A stretch of 64,000 bases of DNA. Source: Gnetum montanum (Eukaryota > Plantae > Gnetophyta). The DNA lies in contig MNCI01000535.1 in the NCBI GenBank assembly GCA_015680685.1, forward strand, positions 1 through 64,000, written 5' to 3'. A program made the position numbers and the translations under genes. This document shows, in pieces, positions 37,701 through 49,658 of this stretch (position 1 is the first letter of the stretch; each line of letters opens with the position of its first letter). The notes beneath the pieces were generated by a model. It was given only the letters and a program-made list of their open reading frames with translations. It had not been told where the DNA came from and did no database searches.

Positions 37701-38969
37701 ACCGCTGATGTGTCAGGACCTTCTCTACCCTGGACGGAGTCGTGGGCTGAGGTTCCTGACAAGTTTATGTTTGTTTAGGGGCTTGTTGATGACATGATCA
37801 AATGCCTTCAATAGGCGTATCCTCGTGCAGGTGAGTAGAAGTGTTAACAGCCCCTATACTACTACACTATAACTCTTCAACGTATTGATTTTTTTGTTAT
37901 GTTGACGCAATTGCTATGCTTTCTACAGCCTCCTAGCTCAAATGGGACTCGGCTCGGCCTATGGAAATCGGCGCGGTGCCCACACTTTCGTCCAACATGA
38001 CTTAAGTGCCTCATCACATATTTGACGAGGCTTACAAGTGCATTCTGCACTCGGCGCGCTCTATATGGGAATGCAGATGTACCAACGAGGAATTGTGGAA
38101 ATGGGATCATAGGAGAGAGCAGAGAGAGGCAGAACTGGCTGCCAAGGTAGAGAACCTCAAGTTGAGGATTGATTTCCTCGTAAACCATAGTCCCAACCCT
38201 GTGGAGTCACAAAGGTTTGTGGTCGATCATGCTAAATTTTGGACTGTCGTCCATCAAAATGTAGAATCCACCTGCGAAATAGTCAAACAACAGATGCAGA
38301 TGAGTTTGCTAGCCTAGAAGTGCCAAGATATGAAGGACATCAGTGCCAAGATCTTCAAATGGGGGAAGGCCCAGAGGGACCATAAGCATAGATATAATCA
38401 GGAAAACGAAACCCATCGAAGGCTGTACAAAGATGCTGCTGTGGAGGCATTCTCGTATGAGTTGTTTGTGAAGGCCATCGGCACTTCTGAGGCTTATGCC
38501 AAATTTAAAGAGCAAGTGCAGGTCACGGAGTCTCCAGATTTGGGGGTGACCTTTCCTACAAGGGAGACCGCCACCACTTCTCTTTCCCCAGGTCCTCTAA
38601 GATGGACAAATTTGGAAAAGGAGAAAGTTGCTGCTGCAAATGCTGAGCCTAATGACATGCCTTAGATGAATATCTCGATGGAGGAGATTGAGCATCATCT
38701 CAGGCTTGGTCTAGACTAGATACCTCTTGTGACGGATGTAGGCTCCCCTCAGGTTAGTCTCTTTGATGCTTTGCTACAGCTATTATTTATCGCATTTGTT
38801 GCCTCTACTAACTACTTTATCCTTTGGGGTGCAAGCTCTTAATGAGGATGTGAGGCCTGTGGAGGGAAGGAATGAAGTGTCGACGGGGGGAAATATGGGA
38901 GCAGACAGCATACAAGTGAATGAGGTAGAGACAAACGGTGAAGGCAATGTGAACGGGGATAGCTCATGA
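34714..38969 (+). pseudogene. B antisense multi-exon accessory gene (NIF-like exon, plant-transposon/PMD-like domain, coiled coil, acidic tail)
   Basis: MAPK start; donors CCA|GTGAGT (34824), CGG|GTGAGT (35753), CTA|GTGAGT (~37623), CAG|GTGAGT (37831), CAG|GTTAGT (~38753); acceptors at 35302, 36161, ~37695, 37928; T-rich introns; exons homologous in A and C1. Confidence 0.82.
35303..35752 (+). pseudogene. Exon encoding an FCP1/NIF-like HAD phosphatase-fold domain with a degenerate active site
   Basis: Frame from 35304: RLIVLDLEGVLCH...VLFRDGARDFLQFLLSQFSLMVWS...LRRLAWIW...YHPFNTLYL...LNP*GTV; 450 nt, AG/GT bounded, no frameshift, 3 in-frame stops. Confidence 0.72.
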
Positions 38970-39043
38970 GAGGATCCCCCCTCTCCTGTCCTCTTTTTTT
39001 TAAGAGTTTACAGACACCGCCAATAGGTGAAAAGAAAATTTTA

Positions 39044-39783
39044 NNNNNNNNNNNNNNNNNNNNNNNNNNNNNNNNNNNNNNNNNNNNNNNNNNNNNNNNN
39101 NNNNNNNNNNNNNNNNNNNNNNNNNNNNNNNNNNNNNNNNNNNNNNNNNNNNNNNNNNNNNNNNNNNNNNNNNNNNNNNNNNNNNNNNNNNNNNNNNNNN
39201 NNNNNNNNNNNNNNNNNNNNNNNNNNNNNNNNNNNNNNNNNNNNNNNNNNNNNNNNNNNNNNNNNNNNNNNNNNNNNNNNNNNNNNNNNNNNNNNNNNNN
39301 NNNNNNNNNNNNNNNNNNNNNNNNNNNNNNNNNNNNNNNNNNNNNNNNNNNNNNNNNNNNNNNNNNNNNNNNNNNNNNNNNNNNNNNNNNNNNNNNNNNN
39401 NNNNNNNNNNNNNNNNNNNNNNNNNNNNNNNNNNNNNNNNNNNNNNNNNNNNNNNNNNNNNNNNNNNNNNNNNNNNNNNNNNNNNNNNNNNNNNNNNNNN
39501 NNNNNNNNNNNNNNNNNNNNNNNNNNNNNNNNNNNNNNNNNNNNNNNNNNNNNNNNNNNNNNNNNNNNNNNNNNNNNNNNNNNNNNNNNNNNNNNNNNNN
39601 NNNNNNNNNNNNNNNNNNNNNNNNNNNNNNNNNNNNNNNNNNNNNNNNNNNNNNNNNNNNNNNNNNNNNNNNNNNNNNNNNNNNNNNNNNNNNNNNNNNN
39701 NNNNNNNNNNNNNNNNNNNNNNNNNNNNNNNNNNNNNNNNNNNNNNNNNNNNNNNNNNNNNNNNNNNNNNNNNNNNNNNNNNN
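39044..39783. other. Assembly gap covering most of B protease and the spacer start
   Basis: N characters. Confidence 1.
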
Positions 39784-42700
39784 CCCCATCATCAACATGC
39801 ACCCTTTGAATTCGGTACTAGCCGACTCGGATTGTGATGAAGAGAGGTGTCGTAGTCACTTGGCCCTTTTCGGGATCTTCCTTAAGAGCTTTGTTACTGA
39901 AAGTTAATGGAGGTGCAGACCCCCTAGGTATGGAGGGAAGTATGACTACGTGGATCATTTTTTCGTCTGCCGACATGTTTTCATCGACTGTGATTGCCAT
40001 TAACATGCAGACTAGAGCCTCACGGTGAGGGGCAGATACCATGACTAAGTCATATAGGCTTAACATGGTATTTTTTTACCTTAGGGTTTGCCCAACCTGG
40101 GTTAGGGCGTTCAAGAAATCTTGGCCGCTGGTCTGTTTGACACTCTCCTCTTTGATTCATCCTAGCAGATGAATCTCTCGAGGGGAGGTGGCCTCAGACC
40201 CAAGTTCAAATGTTCAGTGATAGGATGTCATAGGTTGTGTGCTTGCATCGACCTTCATCCTTGGTGAAGAAGGTGTAAATTTAAAGGGCAAAGGCATAGT
40301 CTTAGAAATGCCTTTGATGGTATTCCTCTTCGACACCCCACCCATCGGGTAAGTTTCTTGCGTTGTAGCACGAGGAAGTTGTTTTTTGCTGCACAAGATG
40401 GGGGCTATTGAAGATGCTGGTGTTTTGATGATGAATGGGGCTAGAGGTGTTAGTAGACGGGGTTCCACGGCCTCGCCGACGGGTGGTGCGGAGGCAGGTG
40501 CTCTTGGTGGGACTTTCAGGATGAAGGGCGACTATGGGCTTGGGTCGGCCATTGGTGGCATGGGCGTACTACGCTGAGGCAAACGAATCACAAATGGTTG
40601 GAAGGGTGCAAGGTCATTGTTGATACCGATGACGTTAATTACATAATCAGCATTTTTGGCATTGAGTGGATCATTATAGATGTACATGGATTGGTTTTCA
40701 GGGCGTACCGGGCTACTTTCATCTAGCACCAAATGCCCTAGGTCAATCAATCTTTGGATGTCATCTTGCAATGATAGACAATAATCCGTGGTATGACCAC
40801 ATAGTTGATGGTAGTTGCAAAACCTGTCCAGCCTAAAACCTTTATGGACTGGAGGTTCGTTGGGCAGAGCTAAAGAGGGATTTCTAAGGAGCTCGCAGTA
40901 GCATCGATACCTCCTGTTTGCTTCTTCTGACATCCACTTGTGTTGGATGTATCCTGCTGCCAATAGTTTCTTCAGGAGTTCTGAAGGTTTGAGGGGTAGC
41001 AAGGTATATTTTGAACGATCTTTACATTTGAAATTAGGTTTAGTGTATGCAGATGTCTTGGGTGTGGGGGCGGCGGGTTGTAATGCTTGGCCCAGCTTAG
41101 GCCCTGAGTCAGCTGCAGGTACGGTCAGTTTCTTGTTATTCTTGTTTTCGCTGTTGTTGTGTTTGGGTTTAGCCTCAGCTACCACAGCAGCCACCATGGT
41201 CATTGGGGCTTTACCTTTGTCCTTATTTGCAAAACTGTTCTTATAAGTGACATAAGCGAGGTCTTTACTTGCCTTGGCTGCATCTTGTATGCTTTTCGTC
41301 TGAGCGAAAGCTTGACTAAGTGAGCATGGAGCAAGGTAATATAGTTTTGACTTGATGAAGTCATTTACTGCACCCTTAAAGATGGCTAACAAGTGAGCCT
41401 CTGCGATAGGTTCATAGATTTCGTTAAGGGTTGCACTCCATCATTGAATAAATTTTTGGACTAGTTCTAGTGGGTCTTGCTTCACGCTCATCAGTTGATC
41501 CAGCGTGGTTTTTGGCTTCAAGTTATACTTGAAGCATGTCACAAATTGGGTCAAGAGTTCTTCCAAATTTGAGATGGACGAACATGGCAATGCGTGATAC
41601 CAATCTAGGGCTTTCCTGGCTAGGGACATGACAAAGACACGAATGATCATATGCAGCCATTGTTGTAGCAACAAAGACTCTGATTGAAAAGTGATGAGAT
41701 GTGTATTGGGATCTCCTTCTCCATCGTACTTTGTGAAGTGTGGGAGGGACATCCCGGGTGGTAATATCAAGGTAAGGATTGCAAGGTTGACAGGGTCATC
41801 TTGGTAAAAGTCCATGACTCGTATCGTATCGGACCCAATAGCTTTGAGGTGTTTTACTTCCTCAGTTAGGGTTTGAATAAGCTGAAATGCTTGGTCCAGA
41901 CTCGAGGATGTTGTAGACATCTGAGGGACTGTAGAGGTAACCCCCACGGGTGGCATGGTAGCGGAAGAAATTTTACCTATTGACTGTGTCGTTGGGGCAA
42001 CCCCTACTAAAGGTGTTGTTTGCGTTGTCCACCATCTGGTGGGCGGCATCATCGGTGCAATAATAGCGGGTTGAGCTACCGGGTAAGCTATTTGGATCAC
42101 TGGTGGGGCCCCCCATGGCCCCGTACCAAGTTGTGCCATTTGGGGGGTCGAATAGACCTGAGGGTGAGTGTAATGAGACATTTGCGATGGTTGCGGAACA
42201 GACGAGGAAGCGAACGGGGGCCACCATGTGGATGGGCTTAGGCCCATCATAGTGGGTGGGACGGTCGCATATGTAGGAATTGGTGTAGGAGTTAGGTGTG
42301 GTTGTAGAGTAGGTACAGTGTGGACATGCGGTAGAGTAGCCGTGATAGGTATGTTGCGTGTTGCGATAGCGTGCTGATAAACGGCTTGCTGTGGCACAGT
42401 TGCTACGGGTGCAACTGGGCAATAGGGTTGATGAGGTGCTAGGAATGTAGGATGGCTACCCACTGTAGTGGAAGTTGCAGACTGCTGGAGCATAGGCTTG
42501 ATGGCGAAGGGGGTGGCGATAGGCAGCGGGTTGGCCTAGAAGGACTAGGTAGGCGAGATGGGAATGGGGTTGGTTGGGCCTTCCTCATTAGATTGGGAGT
42601 TGAGTTCCTCCTGCCCATCTTGAAAGGAGTCATCCTGGTTGGACACTGTGTCTTGTTATCCCCTAAGCCTTGTCAACTGGATTAGTTGATCTAACAACCT

Positions 42701-43015
42701 TTGGTTTGCTTGTGTCAAAGGCAGGGACCTACCTTGGTCAGGAACGAATTTCTCCCCATTGCAGTAAGGGAACTCGAAGCTACGTTTTTCCTCAAGTTCG
42801 TGTAAATCTAAGGGCAGGTTAGCCTGCACCTTCACGCAAAGGAAATTGTAATGCTTGTGTTACTGGGTGAGGCCCTCAGGTCCTCGGTTTTGAATCCTAA
42901 GAGATCGGCGTGCTTCAGGTGTTGGATTCAACTATTGTTCGGCACCAGTAGTGCCTTGGGCTGCGAAGGGCACCACCATGTTGGAGATATCGACAGTGGT
43001 AGTAGCAGAAGTCAT
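39784..43015 (-). pseudogene. gag: B gag-protease
   Basis: ORFs 41441-42493 (FTKYDGEGDPNTHL...KALDWY) and 40532-41392 (FCNYHQLCGHTTDYC knuckle); VHVDDG protease motif at the gap edge. Confidence 0.92.
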
Positions 43016-43124
43016 TGTTAAGCAAGTGATTATGCAAAAATTCTAGAAGGATTATGCAAAAATGCTAGAAAATGCGAAAGAACAGAAGGGTTAAATGAAA
43101 ACAGGTGGCTTTTTTTCCTGCAGG

Positions 43125-43815
43125 ATCCCAGAGGAATCGTCGAGGCGACCGACCTACGCCACAGAAGATGGAAACAACCTCAAAGGGTGTCATGTTTTTG
43201 CCTGTGCTAGCTAGGGCTCAGGATGCATGTGGGACTACTGTAGAAGAAGCAAGTTAAATCATCGTCTGAAAGCTTATTGTCTCATAGGGTTCTAGAGGGA
43301 CCGTCGAAGTGACCAATCTACATCACATGATGCTCAAACAACCACAAAGGGTGTCGAGTCTACGCTAGTGCAAGTCGGGGTGTAGAAGGCATACGAGACT
43401 ACCGTAAGATGAGAAAATTAACTAGCGACCAGGTAAATTTTGTGTCTCATAGGATCTCGGAGGGACCGTTGAGGAAACCGTTTTGTACTACATGGAATGA
43501 GGTACAGAATGTAAGCGAGACAACCATAGGATGGGCAAATTAACTAGCAATCAGGTAGGTTTTATGTCTCGTAGGGTCCCGGAGGGACCGTCTAGGTGAC
43601 CGTTCTGCACCACATGAGGCGGGGTGCAGTACCCATGCAAGATGACCGTAGAATGAGCTAGTTAACCAGTGATCAGAGGCCTTGTGTTCTGCAGGGCTCT
43701 GGAGGAACTGTCTGGGTGACCAATCTGCACCGCATAGAACGCAAACAACCGCAATAGGATGTCGCGTCTATGCTTGTGTGTATCAGGGTGCAGAAGGCTC
43801 ATAGAACTACCGTGA
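43125..43815. repeat. Tandem ~120-165-bp repeats in B's 5' leader
   Basis: About 5 copies of GGAGGGACCGTCGAGGTGACC...; a related copy lies in A at ~17894-18030. Confidence 0.75.
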
Positions 43816-43838
43816 CACATGGTAAAGGCACCAAAAGG

Positions 43839-43855
43839 CCCTCCTTCTAGCACCA
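43839..43855 (-). promoter_or_regulatory. Primer-binding site of B, matching the 3' end of plant tRNA-Asn(GUU)
   Basis: TGGTGCTAGAAGGAGGG 6 nt from the LTR; one C>T change from TGGCGCTAGAAGGAGGG. tRNA identity is from recall. Confidence 0.8.
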
Positions 43856-43861
43856 GAAAAC

Positions 43862-45548
43862 TGTAGCGACCAAAAAAGTTGGCGGCTGGAAGAACGCCAA
43901 AGTTGGCGAACACAACAATTCCAACCCCATGCCCGCGGGAGGGCGGTGCTGGGTGTGTGCAAACACGGGGTGCCTTGAACGGTCTGGTCGATAAGACAAG
44001 GACTTACATCAGCGTCAATATAGCCTTTTACAATATAAATGGTATAAATTACGAGATGGTACTTATGGGTAATTACAGCAAAAAAGGAAAGAGATTAAAA
44101 AAATGCGACAACGATGCGAGATAATGAATAAGTGTAGGTGCAACAATGGTATGAGGCGATGCTTGAAGGTTAAATAAATAGAAATAATATGAGGAAACTA
44201 GATAGTAGATAAGAAATAACATAAGATACAGTTAGGAACATGCACCACTTCAGAGCTACAAATCTATCCTATTAGGGAGTGGCACAATCAGCTGCACGAT
44301 GGGACGGAGTGCAGAATGTTCCGAGAGTGACCAAAATGTGTCGGGCAATAGGTAATGGCTATGCACTTGGGCCCGGGCTTCACGTATATAAAATGTGGGT
44401 GGTATCCTACCAAGGTGGTAGAATGAGGCTACGAGCTTTATGCCAGTTGAGAAAGGTTCCTTTCATAGATCGCTGGCTTCTCCTTTCTTGCCCTTACTGT
44501 GAGATTGCAGGTATTTTTCTTTTTTATTTTTCATTTCAGTTTTCTCTTTTTTTCTACTTCTTTCTTTCGCGAACCTCTTTTTTGTGCTGCTTGGCAGGCT
44601 ATTTATAGGGCTGAAGGTAAGCCAAGGTGACTATTTGAATACTGCCTTGTTGCAGACTTGCTCCAACTTACTGGTGTTACTTGGACCATTTGTGACCATT
44701 GAACTTGCAAGATCATTATGACGCAAGCAATAACTGTGGTCCTACTATGTCGTGAATGCACCACCAGACTCTATAGACGTGCACCAACGATCTGATTGAG
44801 GTGAAGTGCATTAATGTCACATGGTCACCTACCTGTTGCATTGTGTTTTGCGACGTGGTTTGCTTATCGTGGTGTAGCACCTTGTCGTGTGTCTTGCCGT
44901 ACGTCACATACTTGCTACATGATGCTACGCTACGTAGCGTAGCGACTAGGATAGTCTTGCTGATTTTTAGCTTATTTCGCCATAGTACAAGTTCTGCGGA
45001 CTTTGCTGATTTTTCCTTCTGAACCGCCTTCTATTCCTTTTCGCAGGATTGCTACGCCTTGCTGTGCCATGTAGCTCAGCGTAGTGTAGCAGCAGACATG
45101 GTCCACCGCTTCCTAGAAAAAAGAAACGTCACTGCAAAACTTGAGATTGGACGAGGGAGGTGGGTAATGAAGTTGTTGCCATGCTACACCATATGTCATC
45201 GCATAGCGTAACATCTTGTTCTGCCATTGTTTTCTGAAGTTTGCTACGGTACGCATCGTGGCATAACAGGCTTTGCGACTTAGAAAACTTGCGGATTTTC
45301 TTCTCCCTTGCACTTAGACTATTGTCACTAATTCTGGACACCGTTTCTGAGTAGGCTACTGGCTGTTTAGAATACTTTGGCGGACAGGCGAGTTGGTACG
45401 GAACTCACCTATGCCTAAAGTAGAAAATTTACCAAATCAGCCATCTTGGACTCAGAACGTTCTTTTCCCGATGGACTGCCATGGTGCTTGTGCAGACTGC
45501 AAGAGCCTGATGAAGCCAAGATGACCCTACATTTTTTAGGGTGTTTCA
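43862..45548 (-). repeat. 5' LTR of B
   Basis: Matches 27415-29102; TATA-like CTATAAATAG on - strand near 44600. Confidence 0.95.
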
Positions 45549-45605
45549 AACGATATAGCAGTCAAGTCCAAGGAGGCAGTTGATCATCCACCCGACTTCA
45601 AGTCC

Positions 45606-46932
45606 ATTCACCCGACTTCAAGTCCTTCAGCAATGTCTCCTTCCGTCAGAAAGAGACGAACTTGGCCAAAAATAGGTCATGTTTGCTGCTACGCTATGCT
45701 TAGCTACATGGTGCAGCGAGGTGTAGCAATTCTACGAAAATGACAGAAGGTAACTCAAAGGCAAGATTAGCAAGTTCACAAGCTTCGCAGTGCAAAAGGC
45801 AAAGTTTGTAGATTGATGAAGTTTTTACGATTAAGGATAGCTACTACGCTATGATACGCGATGTAGTGTAGCAAATATGCAACCAGCAGTCATGACACTG
45901 TGAAGGTTCCCAACACATGCAATGGGACATAGTGTAGATTTTTTTCTTCAAACTGATGGTTACACTATGCTACCCTACGTAGCGTAGCACAACATGACAA
46001 GATGCTACGTTACGCCAAGTGCTACGCTACAAAGCATGGCAAGACGTAGTGAGCAGTTATGTGACATTAATGCACCTTACCTAATTGCACCATTGCTCTG
46101 AAAGCATAATTACGACGTGGCAGGTTTGTAATTATGGCATGGTAGGCTCACCCAACAATCGTGTAGGCACATGCAGCACAAGCAAGTCAGCATAAGCCCA
46201 GGGCACGTGGCATTCAAACCACATCTTTTGTGCATCGTTCATCCTATAAATACCCCAATGAGCGATGCTCTAGTGACTTTTGGCACTTTTCACATCCCCC
46301 TTTTTCAAAACTTTTAGTCCCCCGGGTCCCCAGCTTTCTGAGCAATCTAGTTAGCTAACAGTCTGGTTGGCTGACAAGTAAAAAGGTTGGCATTGTAACC
46401 CTGGGCATTGTAAGCTTTCTGTTTGACATCGTAAATAGTTAGCACTTTCAGTTGGCATTTTGTTCTACTCCTTTCTACCACCTTGGTAGCACTTCGCGTT
46501 GTTAACGACTAAGCCCGCGTCCAAGCGCACAATCACCTTTCTCTACATGTCTTGGTTACTCTCAGGATCTCTGCACTTCTCAACGTTGTGCAACTGATTG
46601 TATCCATCTTGATAGAGTGAGGTGATAGCTTTGAAGTGGTGCACTTTTCTATCTTCATTTTACATTATCTTCTATTTACTATTGCATTTTACACTGTTTC
46701 CCATCTCTTTTACATTTAAGCATTACTTCGTGTTACCAGTCTCGTTTTAGACTCACATGTTGCAAAAGGTTATATTAACACCATCTAAGTCCCTGTCTAA
46801 TCAACTAGATCATTCAGGGCACCCTGTTTCTATCCCATCCAGCACGGCCCTCCCACTAAAACGAGGTTAAGACTGCCAATGACCAACGTCCCCCTCAGCG
46901 GTTTCCTGCCGCCGACGTTTTTGGTCGCTACA
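45606..46932 (+). repeat. 3' LTR of A, missing its first ~250 bp
   Basis: Aligns to the 5' LTR from ~16300 onward; ends CA followed by the TSD. Confidence 0.9.
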
Positions 46933-48019
46933 AAGAGTGAAGGCACAAGATGGGGCCCATAATCCAAAAATTTAGAATTTTGAAAAGGGAATTTGTTTCC
47001 CACTCAAAACTATTGTAAACTAAACTTTTCCCCCTTGCACCTTAGTGTACTTTTAGTTATGGTGCACTACATTGGTAGTTGGGGTTTCAAGGTGTGCAAT
47101 TAAGTTTTAGATGGGTTTTATATGTCAAATTTTGCAGGTTTTGATGAAAACTATCAGTCTATAGCAATAGTGCACTAGAGGAAAGCTCTAATAGAGGTTC
47201 TTATGGAAGTCACAACCAATACCTAGTGTGGAAGCCTCCCATCTCCCCTACAACTAACATAGAACTCCTATCTTCTCTTAATCTTTATCATCCTTAGCGT
47301 TGAGCCTACCATGACACCCAAGCAATGAGGGGGAAAGAGCAAAAATCCTATGATATAGAGGATGGATGAACATGCTTAGGCATTAGAAGTTCCTAGGCCA
47401 ATCTCTATCTAGTCTCTATCTAGGCTTCTTCTGATACTGCTCTAAGGTAGGTAGTTCTAGCTATTTTTGTCCTTGTTTTCTTATGGTTTTTCTAGTTTTT
47501 TTCTTCCTATGTGTTAGGGTCCTTTTTTTAAATCTACTTTGGTGGAGGGATTAAAACAAAATTCTAAAAAAATTTCCATCTCCTATATTGGTTACTTCCA
47601 TGGAGATCTATAGTTGTTTTATTACTTTAACTTTAGTAGATTCAATTTTAAAAATAGGCCTTACTATTTCATGCTTTTTTCCCAAGATTTTGGGGTATGG
47701 CTATTTTTTTCAAATGTAGTAGTTAGGATTTGTTAAAATTAAATTTTAAAAATATCCTAACACATTATTTATGCATTAATTTTAATGGGTTTCAATGGTT
47801 TTGGCTATTTCAACTATTTCCATGGCTATATGTAATTTAGGTTTTGAGATTTTTGAAGTTTTGATATAAAAAAGCAAGCAAACTTGTATATTATTTCTTG
47901 GTACAACAACTATACATTTTCAAAATTAAAGGTTATTGGTTTGTAGCCCTTTTTAAATATTTATGATGGCTGTTGTCTCATTTAATTTGACCTTAAAATG
48001 AAGAAGTTATGGCTATTTT

Positions 48020-49195
48020 CCTAACATTGCGCAATTACGTTGTTTCTACCACTTTTGCAATTTTATGAAACTTTGAAAATTTTTTATAAGGAAATGGCAA
48101 AGGTTTTGGCTATTTTCTTGTTATGGATGCATAGGCATTAGCTTCAACTTTCCAATGGAAGTGAAATCACTATGATTGGATTGAAAAAAAATTGTTATAA
48201 ATTTTTTACTAAGCATGTGTAATAAGGATGTTTGTGCCCTTTTCAGATTATTGTCCAAATTGACAAAATTTTTCGTTCATAAATGGAAAAGGTTTTGAAT
48301 TTCTTATAAGCATGGCTACATAGGGATCTCTTTAAGCTTTCAAATGGTGGTGGAATGACTACGTTTGAAGCTCAAACAAATTTTTTATGAATTTTTTGTT
48401 ATGGCTGTGTGAATCAAGGCAAAACTCACGGTTGTAGTACATTACCCATTTGAGCATAGCAGTGGTTGATATGTATAACTTATGTTTCTTTTATGTTAAC
48501 ATGTAAAATCAATGCTTAATTTTTCTTTTTTAGGAAGAGTAAAAGCTTTTTCTTTTTGAAATAAGCTTTTACTATGGCTACATGGCTTTTTCTAAGTTTA
48601 ACATACTTTTTTTCTGAATTTGTGCATAGCTTAGATGATTTTTTCAAAATTTATGCATGCTTTGCATAATTTAGGTAGCTTTTCCTAAGATTTTTGAATA
48701 GTTTAGATGTTTTTTCCAAATTCAATCATTCTTTTCATAAAAACTTATGTTTTCTTTTTCTAAATTTATGCATAATGTAGATGCCATTTTCTAAATTTAT
48801 ACATAACTTGTATTTTTTTCAAGTTCATGCATAACTTAGATGCATTTTCTAGATTTATCCATAATTTAGGCTAAGACTCAGTTTTAGCTATAATGTTTTG
48901 GCTATAAAGGCTATAAAATATGGTGACAATGCTTCTATGGAATTTCTCTATCTAACTTAGATAAACATCTAAGAGCTTTTTACAGAGGTTAATTTTACCT
49001 CTAACTCTAAATTTGTTAAGAAATTCCAATTGGTCATGATGTAAGGTTACACAAGGTTTTAATAATGTTTCTTATGGAATTACTTAAACTAATTTAGATA
49101 AACATCTCATAGTTTTTTATAGAGGCTAATTTCACCTCTGACTAGATATTTTTTCTAAATTTGTTAAGTAATTTCCATTGGTCATAATGTTTTTT
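48020..49195. repeat. AT-rich tandem duplications (~190, ~40 and ~135 bp) in the first intron of the C1 accessory gene
   Basis: e.g. 48930-49040 vs 49065-49190; repeated AATTTATGCATAAYTTAG. Confidence 0.6.
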
Positions 49196-49214
49196 GGTGC
49201 TTTGATTAATGCAG

Positions 49215-49658
49215 GGTCTTTTTGAGGTCCATCCTCATCATAGTGGAGCTAGTTGGTATCTTATGCTATATTGGTCATCATAGGACCAACACCCCACCAG
49301 ATGACATGCCTTTCAAAAAGCTCTCATTGTGGTTTTAGCCTAGGGCAAGGGCCTTCCTTTCCTACCTCCTTAGAAACTTTAGTATGATGCTATGGCCACA
49401 CTTGTCTACGGATGTAGTTGGGGTTATCGTAGAGAGCCTATTACCTCAGGCATTTGGCCTAATTGCCAAATATGTTACTGATAGGTCACTTCCTAAGATT
49501 GTAGGGGGACCAACAGCTGCCATAAGTCAATGTTACCTTTCAGAGATCTTGACGATCTCAAAGTATAGTTAGTATAATACTAACAATACTCTGATGGTGG
49601 CACATAGAGCCCACACATTATTTTAGAACCCACTTGGAATTGTGTACTATCTACAGGG
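49215..49658 (+). pseudogene. C1 copy of the FCP1/NIF-like exon
   Basis: Frame from 49216: RSILIIVELVGILCY...WF*PRARAFLSYLLRNFSMMLW...YNTNNTLMV...F*NPLGIVY; 444 nt; same splice positions and phase as in B. Confidence 0.68.

Larger units (their letters stand above)
27415..45548 (-). mobile_element. Element B: structurally complete but mutated Tat-type LTR retrotransposon (~18.1 kb)
   Basis: Two ~1.69-kb LTRs, PBS, PPT, gag-PR, antisense gene, RT-RH-aRH-INT. Flanks GATGA/AACGA fit an ancestral GACGA TSD with one transition in each copy. Confidence 0.95.
16044..46932 (+). mobile_element. Element A: Tat-type LTR retrotransposon, internally deleted, carrying nested element B
   Basis: TGAAACACC...GGTCGCTACA termini; perfect 5-bp TSD AAGAG (16039-16043, 46933-46937); LTR pair 16296-17369 vs 45606-46720. 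Confidence 0.93.

Noticed and set aside
34714-38969. Accessory gene as an independently inserted host gene or DNA transposon
   Set aside because: Same position and orientation in three diverged elements, with no TIRs or TSD
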